Origin: Rhodosorus marinus CCMP1338
Taxonomy: Eukaryota; Plantae; Rhodophyta
Length of the DNA stretch: 64,000 bases
NCBI GenBank assembly: GCA_029953675.1
Contig: JAMWBK010000005.1
Coordinates: 310,001 to 374,000 of the forward strand
Reading direction: 5' to 3'
A program made the translations under genes and the position numbers. How positions within the stretch are numbered: position 1 is the stretch's first letter; each line of letters opens with the position of its first letter. The notes beneath the pieces were generated by a model. That model saw only the letters and a program-made list of their open reading frames with translations. It did no database searches and was not told the DNA's origin. This document shows, piece by piece, positions 34,725 through 47,998 of this stretch.

Positions 34725-37246
34725 TCAGAGCTGAGTCTGTTGAGTGCCTCTTGGGGCTGTTGGAGATGATGCTGAGCTAATATTGTTCGTGGCATCCTTT
34801 GACCAGAGGAACACTCGCTGCAAATCATCAGTGCTTCTTTGTCCCGAGGGTACAAACGAGCATCGGTACAGATTGGGTGCCGGTGAGGATAGGAAGCTAG
34901 AGTTTTGTCTTACATTGACCCACATATACGAATCGGCGTATGGTGCAGTGCAGAAGTTGCTGATAGTGGCGTGAGCACCATCCTTCAGGGTAGAGCTATG
35001 AGGTAGCTCTTGGTCTTCCGGTTGCCATGCCCTTGGAAACAGCGTACTGGGAATTGGGGCTTGTCAACTTCCAGTGCTGGCACAGCAGAAAACCTGCGTT
35101 TTCCTTTGTGCTGCAGTTGCGAATTTGAATCCGTGGGATTGTTCTTGTAAGTTTACTTAGCAGATTTTCGTTCGCTGCCAAGATCGCATGAAGGGCTTGA
35201 GAACTGGCATCAGAAGCACGGCGGCTTTGGATGAACGCTCTGGACCTTGCTCTCTGACGGCCGAAGTTCTTGAAGAATTTGAAAAGTTGAGGGTATGAGA
35301 AATTTCTCAGCTTGGAATTTATATTGACCTTGATTAAATACTGGACTCTCTGATGAAGTTAACCTAAAACATGGAAGCAGTTGAACTGGTTAGGACCTAG
35401 GATTCCGATAACCTAGAGTCTCCTCCTTGTGGACGCGGTCAGTCATTCGTTTTATGTCTTCCGCACATTGATTCTCATCGTGCCTAAACGAGTCTGCGAC
35501 GACAACGTCCTTCTTCTTAAAAGGCGTCGTAGCCACGAGCCGATTCCTTGATAAGGAGAGCTCGTGCTCCAAGCCCATTATCTTTGTCGCAGTTTTCTTC
35601 CTCTCGGAGGAACGCACAACTTTAAGCCTCTCTCGAATTTCATCTATGCTTCTCTCTCTGGGCAGCATCTGCTTCAGGAGGAAAGGCTGATCCTTGTACC
35701 GTTTCGCACCTGCAATGAGCCTGTGTGTTTGTGGGAAGTTGTGATGAGCACTTCGGTTTGTCACTGCAGCCGCTGTCGAAACGGCAGGGGAGAAGTGGAT
35801 AAGGCTCTCACATAATATCTTCCCGCTCTGTCCACGGCGTACCAGTTTTCACAGTTTTCTTCTCCACATCTCCAAGCAAAACGCTCAGGTTCTGGGTGCC
35901 GGACTCGAAACCAGAATGTCTGAACAGTTTCTCCAAGGCCAAAACGCTCTGATCATTCTTGTTTTCCTTAAGCCGAGCTTCGAGCTGCAAGTTGAAAACG
36001 GTGGCGAGGTCAGGGGCCGCTTCAATGTGATCCTGCCAAATCGCACGAATTTCGAAGCTTAGCAGTTTCCACAAGCGCATGGGTGAACATTTGATCGCGC
36101 GGTTGCCACAGGGAAGTCCTACCACAAGAGTCCACAGGTAACGTGCCTTGGCCTTATAGCCATCCTTAGTTGATAATTTCAAGATGGCTGTGGTTTCTTC
36201 TGTCTTTGAACTATTTTTGCAAAGGAACGAACGACGATTCAGTTTTAGCCGTTGACGACCGTCAGAAACTACTGACGAATGCCCATTTTGCTGCGCGTTC
36301 GTACTCAACGTCCTGCCACTCCTCATTGCCCGCGAAAGATTCTCCATGGTACTCCTCATCAAGTTCCTGATGACAACGTCCAGTCTTCAGTTCCTCATCA
36401 GAGTTCAGCAAATAGCACGGCTAGTGCTTACCTCCCCTTGGAGGGAATCATCTTCATCAAAGAGGAGCTGCTCTGAAACATCTTCCCAAGAGGAGTTCCT
36501 GGTACCGGGTAATACGATGCCTTCTTTACTCGCCATCTCCTCGAGTGATTCGGATGGGTCCCCGATCGCGCCCTTACCCCTTGACATATCAAGCGCTGCT
36601 GAGTAGTTCACAACTAGCTTCTGGCCAGCACTCTTGAGATCCTCATCCTCCGAAAGCGCTGTGTCGTCGTCCTCTTCCAAGATTTCGTACTGGCTGGCAA
36701 AGGTTTCTTCGTCAAAATCTGGCCTGCGTTCTTCGGTTTCATCCTCGTTCGCTTCCGATTAAGAATTCGACTTGGGTTAGCCTACTGCTGTCCGCGAAGG
36801 ACAAGAATGCGTCGTAACCTACCAGCTGTTGACCTGCTCTCCATCGACTGTCGCGCACATCCAACGTCAATCATTTCATCCTCTCCGACGTCATCTTCAG
36901 CATGCATCAAAGAAGAAGAGAAATCCCGAGGTGAACACAAATTATGGCAAATCCTTTGTTCGTTGCGGTGGCCGACCCTCGAAACCCCGTGTGAGGTGGC
37001 CGTACCATTCTTGCTATTCTTCGTCATCAAAGTTTCAGTTTTGCTGCTAGATTTTCTCGTTTTGGAAGAGCTGGACTGTTTCAAAATTTTACCTTCGACC
37101 CTGTCACCTTGAGGAGCTTCGCGATCCTTGCTCGTACTGGTCTCAGCCGCCTTCGGACTAGCCCTCGCTCCTGTCTTCCTCTTAGCCGTAATACCACTGT
37201 TCCTCGCCGAAGCTGAGAGCGACCTTGCTCGTACGCCCTGCGCCAT
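34725..37246 (-). CDS. SANT/Myb-like domain nuclear protein, possibly DUO3/GON4L-related; multi-exon, 3' exons uncertain
   Basis: Basic then acidic N-terminus. Removing the intron after ...EDI restores PWTEREDIMLIAGAKRYKDQPFLLKQMLPRERSIDEIRERLK. Also IWQDHI and PSTLFPRAW segments. Confidence 0.5.
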
Positions 37247-38448
37247 TTCAAGTCGGAGCCAGCAATCAGCGAAATAATAATTCCGGATGGGTAGTCTCTG
37301 CAACGTGCCGCAAGTCCCAGAACGAAACGAGGACTGGAGCATTGATCACGTCATTAGATCGGTGGCAAATTCACCTACCGGTGCATGCAAGAATCGGTTG
37401 ACACAATTCATTGATCCAGGAACATAGTGAAAAGATCTAAGAATCCACATCTTGGATTACTCTAAACCCAAGATCCTCAACTGAGCAAAAAATTCCGGCT
37501 GCACCCTCCCCCCCCGGCCAACAAAACTAGAAAATAAACAGATCTCACCTAGAAATATCAACTCTCGATAAAGATCGAAATCTTTTTCCTTTATCCTTCT
37601 TTCCAACCATCCCACTCATTTAGCAGGTACCTCCTACAATTCCCTCAACCTCACCAAAGTCTCCTCCCACCCTCAACAACTTCTCCCGCCTGCTACCATC
37701 GCGTTTACCAGTCAAAGAAGCACCTCCGCAATGACGTAGTACTCCAGAATCCTCGGAGGCCATCAACAATCATAAATAGTATTTATTTTCAACAACCCTC
37801 CCATTTCCTTCCGAAAAGAAAGAAAAAAAGAAGAGAGAATAGTAACGTATCTTTCTATTCCTTAAGCAATCTCAACATTCATAATTATTCTTTAATTAAA
37901 AATTATTCAGAGTATTACGATATGTATTTCAATGTTTAGACGTTATCGAAAACACGAATGTTTCGTTAAAATAGTTTTGACAAATTGATAAACGGCATCA
38001 ACTGAAACAAGGGTATTTCGAGTATATTGACTGATATGATATTTTATTAAAATTATAAAGTATTTTTTTGTTCGTATGACGCAGGGGCTTTGCAGATCGT
38101 AAACTGCACTTTTTTATTCTTAATATGTATTTAGTTTCACGTTCGAGGGTGGGTTGGGGGTTTTTACTTGTGTACATTTGTTTATTTTGATTGATATCTT
38201 GTTAGTTTTCATTGGCTCCGAACGGTTTTTATTTGGAGTAATTTGGACATAAGTTCTTATTTGTCTAAGTGTCGCTTGGGAGGGTTTTGGGGGGCAGAGG
38301 AGGACTTGGGCCGGGGCTGCTGGCATCGGGAACGAGTTGCATTTGTGGTAGGCCTAGAACCTGGAGATGAGGTTTTGAATAGCGGAAGGAGTGGAAACTC
38401 AGCAGTGAACAGTATATATTTATTGCTGAAGGTGTTAATGAAGGTATA

Positions 38449-40134
38449 ATGGCTCCTGCGTCAGTGAAAGACAGTTCTGAGTCTGCTGTTGTGAAAAAGG
38501 AGGAGTTTGCTGTTCCAGAATTGCCACGAAGGCTGCGGCCAGTTGTAAAGCGACCGAGAGCCCGGAATGTGCTGCCTGAGGAGGACTATGTGGACTCCTT
38601 GGAGCAGGTACGCTGTATTCCAGATTGAAATCGTAGTTGAACGGTCCGCCCGCGTTCTCAGTCCTGTATTCTCAATGGATCTTCTTTTTTTTAATCTTTG
38701 ATAAGATTATCACGCGGGACTTTTTCCCGGAACTCCCGAAGATGAAGCTTCAGAATGCTTATGATGAAGCTTTGAGGGCAAGTGATTTTCAGGCTGCTGC
38801 TGAGATTGATTCGCGTATAAAAAACGCAGGAGTAATCTTGCAATCCCCATCGGCAACACCGGGGACGGCTTCCGAAGTATCCAGTCTTCACGGAGCACCT
38901 GGACCCTCCGAGTGGAGTGCAACCCCGTCAAGCTGTAAGATGACGTCACCTCTAAGCGCTGTAGAGTCTGCTCGCTAAACAAAGATGTCCCTGACCGGTT
39001 CGTGTTGTTTGTTTGTCATGCAGATGCTGGCTCAGTGTCGGGTAGAACACGACCCCCTGCTGAACACCTGTCCCTGGATGGTTTTCATGCGCAGTGCACT
39101 TCCGAGGACAACGAATCCTTCTCTAGAGTGCTTGAAGGGGACGAGGAAAAGAGGAGAGGGAAGGCTTGGTGGCTCTACGAAACAGAGGAGGAGCACAAGA
39201 AGGGGAAGCATTTGCGGCTAGAGGCGGCGAAAAAGAATGAGGAGGCTGGTCTTCAAAACATTGTTACAGCCGCCGGCGACGGGCGAAAGGCTCCAGAACA
39301 CGAATGGCGATATGAAGCAAGGAACAAGCTTATGTACTATCCTCCAGATGCTCCCAGAACTGTTGAAGAACACGAAAATATTGCGGCGCTGCCGAGAAAG
39401 CGGATTAACCATGCGAACACACGATTTCAGGCAGACCGAAACCCTGCAAGCGGGAGTCCTCGTTCCAGCTTATACCCGACGCCGCTTTATGGAACTCGAA
39501 CAAGTACGTGCGCGCTTAAGATTACCTTTGGGTTCACCCTCTCCACTATCGAAATCCAGTTTTCCTGTGGTCCCGTCAGCGTTTCTAGTTTCATCAGAAG
39601 GACAATAGGTTTGCGACTGACAAGGCTTTTTCTATTTTTGGCTACTGAATCCTAGTCAGCGAAAAGTCATCAGATATTGGAGATCCGGAGCAAAGCGGAG
39701 TTGATGCGTCGAAAAACAGCTACGAAATGGTCCCAAGCTCGCCGAGCCCTTCAGATGTGAATGCGTCGCCGATCGTCACATGGGGGAGCGTTGCGGCTAC
39801 CCCAAAGCTGTTGCATGGACGTGAATCGAACGCCTACAAAATATTTAAACCACGAAAACGCGAAGAAGTCGCTTTGAAACTAGAACGGAAAACGAAAAAT
39901 AAGAAGGTAGGAATTCGACTAAGCCTCCCTGCCGGCGGAATCGATGTCAGGACTAAGCAGTGGCTTCTCTTCCTTGGTTGTCTTCAGCATCATGACTCCA
40001 TCTACCATGGAACTCCAAAATCAACTCCCGGTACAGCCGTTCGCTCCACTCGGGGATCTGCGACACCGTTAACTCCAGCCGGAACGAGACTAGCCTCTCG
40101 AATGAAAAAATCTTATGCGAACTCGAGGAGATAG
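38449..40134 (+). CDS. ESS2: Splicing factor ESS2 / DGCR14, multi-exon
   Basis: VLPEEDYVDSLEQ/IITRDFFPEL, LSLDGFHAQCTSEDNESFSRVL, WRYEARNKLMYYP, INHANTRF, SPIVTWG and KREEVALKL. Confidence 0.9.
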
Positions 40135-41132
40135 GTTTTGTCAGCCTGCTGCAATTTTTGGCCTGTGGATGACGATAGTAGTCTTGGCTTGAATGGGAAA
40201 TGAACGAGAATAGACAAAGCCCTGTTCTGTCCAAGGATCGGATTCCTAGTAAAATGGAGCTATTCCGCAAAACGTGCCGAGAGCTGGATAGATAACGGTT
40301 TGAGGCCGCCTGGTACGAGTTTTTAGAGGTAGCAGCTTATGGCTGACTCTCTTGAAGACCGAAAGTCCAAGACGTCGTACACCCAGGTCACGTTAGCTGA
40401 TAAGATTCCGAAGAGACCAATGGCATCCGATATTTGCATAAAATCGAGGATACTCCTATATGATTCTCTACCCCCCCTCTACTTCGGTACAGAGATCACA
40501 CCTTTCAAAACTACGCCCCAACCATCGTTCGCCATCGTCTACATCCCGTTGTCATCGTGTGCCCTCCTGGAAACTATCTTCCATCCAATCCTATTGCCAA
40601 CCAGGCTAACACCTACAAAAAAAAAAGAAAACAAGGTAACAGCCAACTCGAAAATATATATATGAAAAATAAAACCCCAGAACATGGTCAAAAAGACCAG
40701 AATCGAGGGATCCATTTAAACCAATTAAATATAGACACATGTCCTTATTGTCAAGTTGTATTGGTTTTTTTGGAAAAATGAATGTATGACATAGAACGCG
40801 GCGGTCGTCATGGATTCTTTCGTTTTGGTGACGTTCTGGGAAGGAAGGCGAAAGCTGGAGAATATTTTTGTTCTTGGGAGGATGGAGAGGAGACTGTTTG
40901 CTTTTGTGGGACAGGGTTCGGTATATTAGGGGTTTGGCTATTGAGCTGAAAGGTGTTAGGGAGGAGCGGTTGGGATTGTCAGGTGAGGTGTTTAGTCTGG
41001 ATGGTCATCGTGTAAGGTTTTGGCGGTTTTTTGGGGAGGGGGGGGTTCTGTGTGTGTGTTGGGTTTGGTAGGCGTGAGGTGTAGGTTTTTCGTTTGGATC
41101 GTAGTACTTGGGATTGATTTGGGTAGCGGAAG

Positions 41133-42819
41133 ATGGCGCCTGAGGAGGTTGAGGATGCTGGTATGATGGTTGAGGAGCAATCGGAGGATAAGTCGCTTTA
41201 CGAGGCTCTCGTAGCCGCGCTTAGTTTTTTATCGAAGAGATCTGGGCAGGAGGATCTCTTGGCGAGTGTTGAACAGGCGCAGCAGGCTGAGGATTTCATG
41301 TATTTGATGTCCCTGATTGCTAACGGCTACGTTGCTGCATTGAATGCTCCGGTGAAGGAAGATGATGATGAGGTCGTCGTATCAGAGAATTTTGAGGGTT
41401 GCATACAGGTCATTGTGGGAGTTTTCAGAATGGTAGGTTTTCAGCGCACAAGAGCACGTCTCCCCGGTCTTGAACGTCATTAAGTGATGCCTTGGGACCG
41501 TCTCTAAACAGGTTTGCAATATGGAGACGGACTTGGTAGTTGATATAGCGGCGGGGCTATGTGCGAACGAGAATCTAGGGGACATGCGGATGCGGTCACT
41601 AGCTTTTCTCTATAATTCACTGCCTACGGCCGATGCTGCGCGGAGATTCAAGTTCTTGGTGATGTTGATTGAATTAAGCGCAAAGCTTCAGGCAGTTGAC
41701 AAGCTGGATTCTGTCTTTTCGAGGGTGCCGGACTACGTGAAGGTAAGAAGAAGGTCTTCACTGCATGTTCAACCTGATTTGGGGGGATTTTGTGGCGGAG
41801 TATGCAGGTGTTTCCGACTGCTTAGTGTGAATTTCCAGCAGAGCTGAACGGGGCAAACTTGTGACCGTGGATTGCGGGTTCGATTTTCTATAATTTTAGG
41901 GATACGACCTGAACGTGGAGGACAAGAGAATGCTCTATTCGAGATGCTCAGAGGCACTGAAATCAACAGAGGCGCTAGAGAAGGCGCTTGACTTCAACGT
42001 CCAGCTGCTAGAAACTTACAACGGATGCGCGGATGAAGAATTGGATTCTATCTCCGATGTTGCAAAGAGCTCAGTAGTTGACGCAATAGCTCTACCAAAG
42101 CTCTTCAAGTTGGATATGCTGCTTGAGATGAGCGCCGTGGTTCGTTTGAAGGACAAGGGCAATGGTGAGCAATGAGTGAAGCGAACCCCAACCAGCTGCT
42201 CGATCAAGACCATCAGCTTATCATGTGGAAAGAATTTTCGTCTGCCGTATTCTTGAGATTGGCATCTAACAGTCGGTTTCTGTTGCCCTCGCGATAGCAA
42301 ATTTGTACCGCCTCCTGGAGATATTTGTGAAGGACGACCTCACGGTTTACAAACAGTTTTACGCTGAGAACGGAGGCCTTGTCGACTCGCTTGGTTTGAG
42401 CAACGAAAGTTTAACGGACAAGATGCGCTTGCTGACATTCGCAACGTTGGGAAACAAAAGCAATGAATTAGGGGTATGTGCGGCTTAAGCGGAGCGGGAG
42501 GTGAACGTCACCCCGAGAAATGCCCGATCTCATATGTGCTTACTATGATCTGTCTCATGTTCCTCAGTACCAAGCCATTGAGACCGCTCTAGATATTCCC
42601 GAGGAAGAGGTTGAGGAGTGGGTTATTCGGGCAATTTCGTCTGGACTCATCGTAGCAAAGATGAACCAAGTCACCCGAACCGTTCATGTGCATAGATCTA
42701 CCAGTCGGTCCTTCTCACCAGATCAATGGCAGCCACTGGGTGAAAGAATTCGACTGTGGACGAGAAACGTCGAGGAGCTTCTCAGCGTTCTTCGTTCGTC
42801 CAAGACTAGTGCATATTAG
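41133..42819 (+). CDS. EIF3M: Eukaryotic translation initiation factor 3 subunit M (PCI domain), multi-exon
   Basis: LAFLYNSL, ALDFNVQLLETY, VVDAIALPKLFKLDMLL, LLEIFVKDDL, KMRLLTFATL and EEVEEWVIRAISSGLIVAKMNQ. Confidence 0.88.
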
Positions 42820-42931
42820 GGGGCGTCGTTTTTCGTAGTTATACTTTTTAACTTTTGCTGAGATGAGCTCGAAACGAGACCCGGAAATTGGGGCGAAGAT
42901 TACGAACAGCCAGCTTTGACGCTTCGTTGGA

Positions 42932-43275
42932 TTACCAATCAAGCCGAGGAAATCTATGCAAATGTAGCTTGTCATCAATAGGCATCCGAGCAAAAGAAAT
43001 AATTAATGAGAATGCGATTAAAGCCAGAGTGGTGGAACCGAACGAGCAACCCGGTGCTCGGCGTTCATTCAGGTTTGCTGACAATACCGGTCACTCTTCT
43101 TCTTCACTCTCTCATCAACCTGTTGCTCTTCGTTAAGCTCGCGCTTCGCCTTCCTTAGCGCTCTCTCCCGCTCCTTCTTCACATTTTTCAGCTTCAACTT
43201 CCCGCCAACTACCCCAAGCTTCCGACCACCGTTCTTCTCGCTCCCCCGTTCCCCCTTCCCACCTTCTGATGGCAT
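42932..43275 (-). CDS. Small basic (Lys/Arg-rich) hypothetical protein, probably 2 exons
   Basis: MPSEGGKG..VVGGKLKLKNVKKERERALRKAKRE.. with a GTATTG donor and a CATAG acceptor. The GGKLKLK motif resembles FAM32A-like N-termini, but the conserved C-terminus was not found. Confidence 0.3.
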
Positions 43276-43451
43276 GCCTCCAAAACTTCAGTTCAGAGAC
43301 CTACATCCACACTCAGAATAACTCTCACCGCAAAATCAATAGACACCTTTCGCAAAAACCCCATCCCCTATGACAACCGAAAAGTCTATACGACTTTCTC
43401 ACCAACAGCCCCAACTTCCCCCCACATCGCCGCCAATATGAATAGCTGAAA

Positions 43452-43599
43452 TTATCAGATTCTTGTATATGGTCGTTTATAAGAATCTGGTAACCAACCT
43501 TGTCCTTCGCTCACTATCGTGAAAGTGGATTATCAGATTCTTATATTAATTATATCACATACAATATTTTGGATAGGGTCGTTTATAGGAATCTGATAA
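43452..43599. repeat. Four copies of a 16-bp motif (TTATCAGATTCTTATA consensus) in alternating orientation, forming two tandem inverted-repeat units
   Basis: Arms at 43452-67 (+), 43478-93 (-), 43530-45 (+) and 43584-99 (-), each 0-1 mismatch to the consensus. Both reverse arms are preceded by ggtcgtt. Confidence 0.85.
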
Positions 43600-46500
43600 A
43601 TTGTTTAGATTCATACGACGTCGGCCGGATGGATTTTAGTAATCCTTTGAAGCGTTGGATACTGTTGACTGTGTGGAGGGCTTTTTTCGAGGAGTTTGGA
43701 TGTGAGAAGGCAATTGCATTGGACGTGCGTTGGACGAGCGTTGTTACTGGATTGGGAGGCTGAGTGTGCGTGTGTGCGTATTGAGAGGGATAAGCATGAT
43801 ATACGACGTACATACACAATATTTTCAGACTTTTTTGTCTCAGTCTGGAGTACAATCGTAAGTGTTTTCTTTTGTTCCCATGGAAAGGGATCTGTTTTAT
43901 CGCTTGTCGTGCGGAGAAGGTTGGTGGTCTTTTGCTGACTGGAGCTCCCTAATTGTTTTCGTCTTCTTTGTTGCGGCTTGCTTTGGCTTGTTTTGCGCAT
44001 GGCGCAGAGGAGCTGATCCAGTGGCCAGAATAGCGGCGTTGAAGAACTCCGGAAACAAGGTGGAGGACTCAATGGACACCGCATCTTAAACTTCCCCACT
44101 GCAAATTTCCACATGATTGTGGCTCGCTTGTGAAGTTGCACAAGTCCGGAGAGCGACCCAATGTACAATTAGTACCTTAGGCGATTCACAACCTCGATTA
44201 GGATCCGTGAATCTGGTTTTGTCGGAGTGCCTGTGAAAAGGTTACCCCGTTTATATTTGGTGGAAGTTGTTTTTCATTGAATCAACTGTTTCAAAAGAAA
44301 AAATTTGTCATGATCGCTTTCCCCTCGACGAGAGCTGAGCTTCGCCGCTTTTGGGCGAAGGCGAGTGCTTCCCCATGGCAACCAGGCCGAGAGCACGCGA
44401 GGGAAAAAATCACCCGCAGCCGCGGGGCAGCCGGCGTCCGGTCTCCGGCTGCTTTTTCTGCTGTGTAGCACGCTGGGGATAGTCTGCTGGCCTAGCTTCC
44501 ACTCAGTCCGTTGGTGAATCACACTCAAAGCGGTGGGAAGGTGCCCTGTTTCCGTTTGGTAGAGACTACGGAGGACATTGTCTTGAAACCTCGATCACTT
44601 TGCGCTTCCGACTGAGCTTTCCGCAGCTGACAGAATGGTGTCGAGATTTCGATCTGATGCGAATCTGGAGTGCGCTTCGAGAGGCACGTCTGTTGGGACC
44701 CTTCCAAGACCAGAAACGCCAACTCAATGGGTGGAGATCCGCACCAACACACCAGTTCAGGTTAGATTGAAACGGCCTAGCAAGACCCAGAACGGGCTAC
44801 CAAATTCAAAAGGACAGAGCCGAAGGTAAAGCTACGTCCATGCTACACCCTATCCTGCCCGAATACTGCTCTACGACTCCGCTGAAATCTAACATGGTCA
44901 GAATTTGCTGAGGAAGAAAGTCACCACATTTCACATGTACGGCGCTGTCTTTTTTAATGTCGGAAAACTCCCCAACTCCAATGGACACAGAACGTCAGCA
45001 CCACCTTCCCGTAGCGCTGATGGTCTTTCTGAAATTCGTTCCTTGATGGAATAATGAGGAGAGACAAAATACACCAAAGCGAAAACGAAGGGGATGTTCT
45101 GCTTCCCAATTTTTGCTCGAACAGGATATTTGCTTAGAGCAAAAGCCCACCATATATCAGTTCAGCACCTCCGTGCACGACAACTATTGAACGATTTCGA
45201 ATGGTTTCGAATGCCAAAAAAACACTGGCATTCATAAGCTACCCCCCCCCCACCCCCTCCCACCTCTCTCTCGAAAAAGCAAACAAACGAGATGAAACAA
45301 ATCAAGACGTACAATTGTAAAAAGAAGAGAGATTCTTGTTGATCGAATATCCCTTCAAACGTTTGCAATTGAGAAAGATTTTCCATTTTGTTTGGTGTTT
45401 TGGAAGGGGTTGAAGGTTCTAGAGGTTTCACTTCTACAAGAATTTAACCCCTCCTGAGTTCCCCCTCTCCGGTTGGCAAGAACTAACCCAGAACTTCCAG
45501 GGGTTGAATGTCCTCAATACTAAGGACCCAAAACCTTTTGTTTTATTTTGAAATAACTTTTGTCCGGAATGCATCAAACAATATTTGATAAACCTCACAT
45601 TCTCTAAAAACCCTGAAGAGATTCTTTATGAAAGTCGCTTTTTGATACGTTCACAGAATGTAAAAACGATATCGTTCAAGACTTTTATAAATTATAGTAC
45701 TAGCTATCTCACTATAAAACTAGTATATTTACCGTATAGAATCTTGTCAATTTGAAGCTAGTTTCTTTGATAGAAGATTACCCCCTCTCAAAACGACAAG
45801 TTGTGAAATTGATGCTTTGCAAAAATTACAAAATAAAAATAAAAACGCCAACACTGGCATATTGATTCACGGGTCAGCTCCCAAGTCATATTGCCTGTCA
45901 TATTGCCTGACACGGAAGTAGGAAGTGACCCCGTAATGTTGCTTACTAGCCATGCAAGGACCGCTTAAATTTTATTCCGCAGTTCACTTAAACAAGGTTC
46001 CATCGCGCCCAAAACACACACTTTACCCCCCCTCTTTTCTACTCCATCCGAACTATTGTAAAACACAAACAAAACATTGAGACTGTCTTATAAAGTGACA
46101 TTCTTGGCAACAACCCCAGCGGATGATCCGAGATATTTTGAAAAGATTGTATTTTGTTGAACATGATGATTCGCGAAAAAGGCGTGTTGCCGTAAAAGCG
46201 GAGAGTTTTTATTATATTAAGCTAGTTTTTGTGCTGAATGTCTTTTATGAACGAGTTTTGCAACCTGTTGCTTTTGGGGCGGGGGAAGGGGGCCCGCTCT
46301 TTGGATTTTCTTTAATTTTTGATATGAAAATACTAAATTTTTTTTGGTTTTTGGTTTGGATTTTTAAGAATCTGTGTTTGGGGAGGTTGCGGTACCAGTT
46401 GGACAGGTCTCTGGGTGACTAGTTAGCTACTAGCCGAGTTGTGTGTGGGTGTGTAGGTTGGGAAGGAAGGGAAAGGTCTTCACCAAGAAGGTAAGAGCTT

Positions 46501-46838
46501 TGAAGAAGAATTTTTTATTATGGTTTGAGGGTGAGGAAAGAGTTTAAAGGAACCGAAAATCTTGCATTTGCTTGTTTTGATAAGGTGTTTTGGGGGTTTT
46601 TGAAGGGGGGGTTGGGCAAGGGGGAGGAGGGGATGAAGTGTCTTGGTTAGATTTTTTGTGGAGTTGTACGATTTTAGTCTGTATTGTGTTGCTAGCAATA
46701 GGGAGGAAAGACATTTGGGATAGTGATCGTGCAAGGTGGTTGGTACCGGTAGAGTAATATTCTCTGCGGTTTGTATTAAAGGTGCGGAGCGTTGCCGAAC
46801 TGGAGGAGAAAACTAAACGGAGAAAGTTGGAGCACGGC

Positions 46839-47665
46839 ATGGCGTCGCAGCCTATGAATTCAGCGAAGCTCCGTCTGATGACCGACCTGAAGATGATGAA
46901 GAATGAGCCACCTGAGGTAAAGATCGATGGTGGAAGGGTTATCCTCCCCTCGGAATTTGTTCCAACCACACCCCCAGTGCTAATCGCGCGATTTGATTTT
47001 CTTGTACCGACCTCGCAGGGGTGTAGTGCAAGTCCTCAGACGGATGAGAATTTGTTTGTTTGGTGCGCAACTGTTTTCGGGCCACCTGAAACTCCATGGG
47101 AAGGTACGTTCTTAGTAAATACTTTTCTTCTTCGTTCAAGGGAAGCGCATCTGAAAGAGAGTTCTTTTGATCGTAGGAGGTATCTATTCACTCAGACTTC
47201 AGTTTAATGAGAATTATCCAGAAAAACCTCCACGCGTGAGGTTCACATCCGAAGTCTTCCATCCGAATGGTATGACTCAAGCTCCTCTGCAAAGCGATTT
47301 ATTGGTCCAAGTTGCTGATCTGAATGATCTCCTCATGTGTCTGTTCCGACCTATCTTTGTTTCCCCAGTCTACGCTGATGGGAACCTGTGCTTGGACATT
47401 ATAGGGGAGAAGTGGTCCCCGATTTATACTGTTTGTTCCATTCTGACTTCGATTCAGGTAGGGCTTCCTCTCAGCTTTACTCTTAATAATTCTTCCGTTT
47501 CATCGCCGTCCGCTAACTAGTTTTAAATCTCCTCTCGTCCAGTCTTTCCTCACTGACCCGAACCCAGCAAGTCCGGCAAATCCGGAGGCAGCTCATTTGT
47601 ACAACACGGACAGAGAGTCGTACAAGAAAAGGGTCCGCCTGTGTGCAGAGAAGAGTTTGATCTAA
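46839..47665 (+). CDS. Ubiquitin-conjugating enzyme E2, Rad6/UBC2-like, 5 exons
   Basis: [53 protein letters not shown] and [15 protein letters not shown]. Confidence 0.92.
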
Positions 47666-47998
47666 GCCATTTCCAGCGCGAAGTGGCGAACTAAGGAAGG
47701 ACAAAATTAGCGCAGAGCACTCTGTCATGTACATGCAATCGAGCTTGGATAACAAGCGTGGATTAACATTACTGGAAAAAAAGGAATACCAGGAGTAGGC
47801 GAATTCGGAGTCGTTAGAAGGCATAGGAGGCCTTGAGGTGAAAAATAGAAATCAAGAACAAAAAAACTCGTATGTTAAGGAATGAATAAAACATGGATGA
47901 GACATATTACCACTACCCTTAGGAACCCGCGGAGGATGAGCAGGACGATCGAGCGCTGGATTTCAGCCTGCGGCGAGCTAGCATGAGCTTTGCAAAAA

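Noticed and set aside
43611-44168. 185-aa minus-strand ORF
   Set aside because: No domain and a composition mirroring T-rich plus-strand intron-like sequence; left unannotated.
44274-45431. Exon-like fragments on the minus strand (MENLSQLQ.., VVHGGAELIYG, FSDIKKDSAVHV..)
   Set aside because: Splice signals suggest a gene, but I could not join the pieces into a consistent frame.
45885-45908. 12-bp direct repeat gtcatattgcct x2 upstream of the E2 gene
   Set aside because: Real but small; no support for a function.
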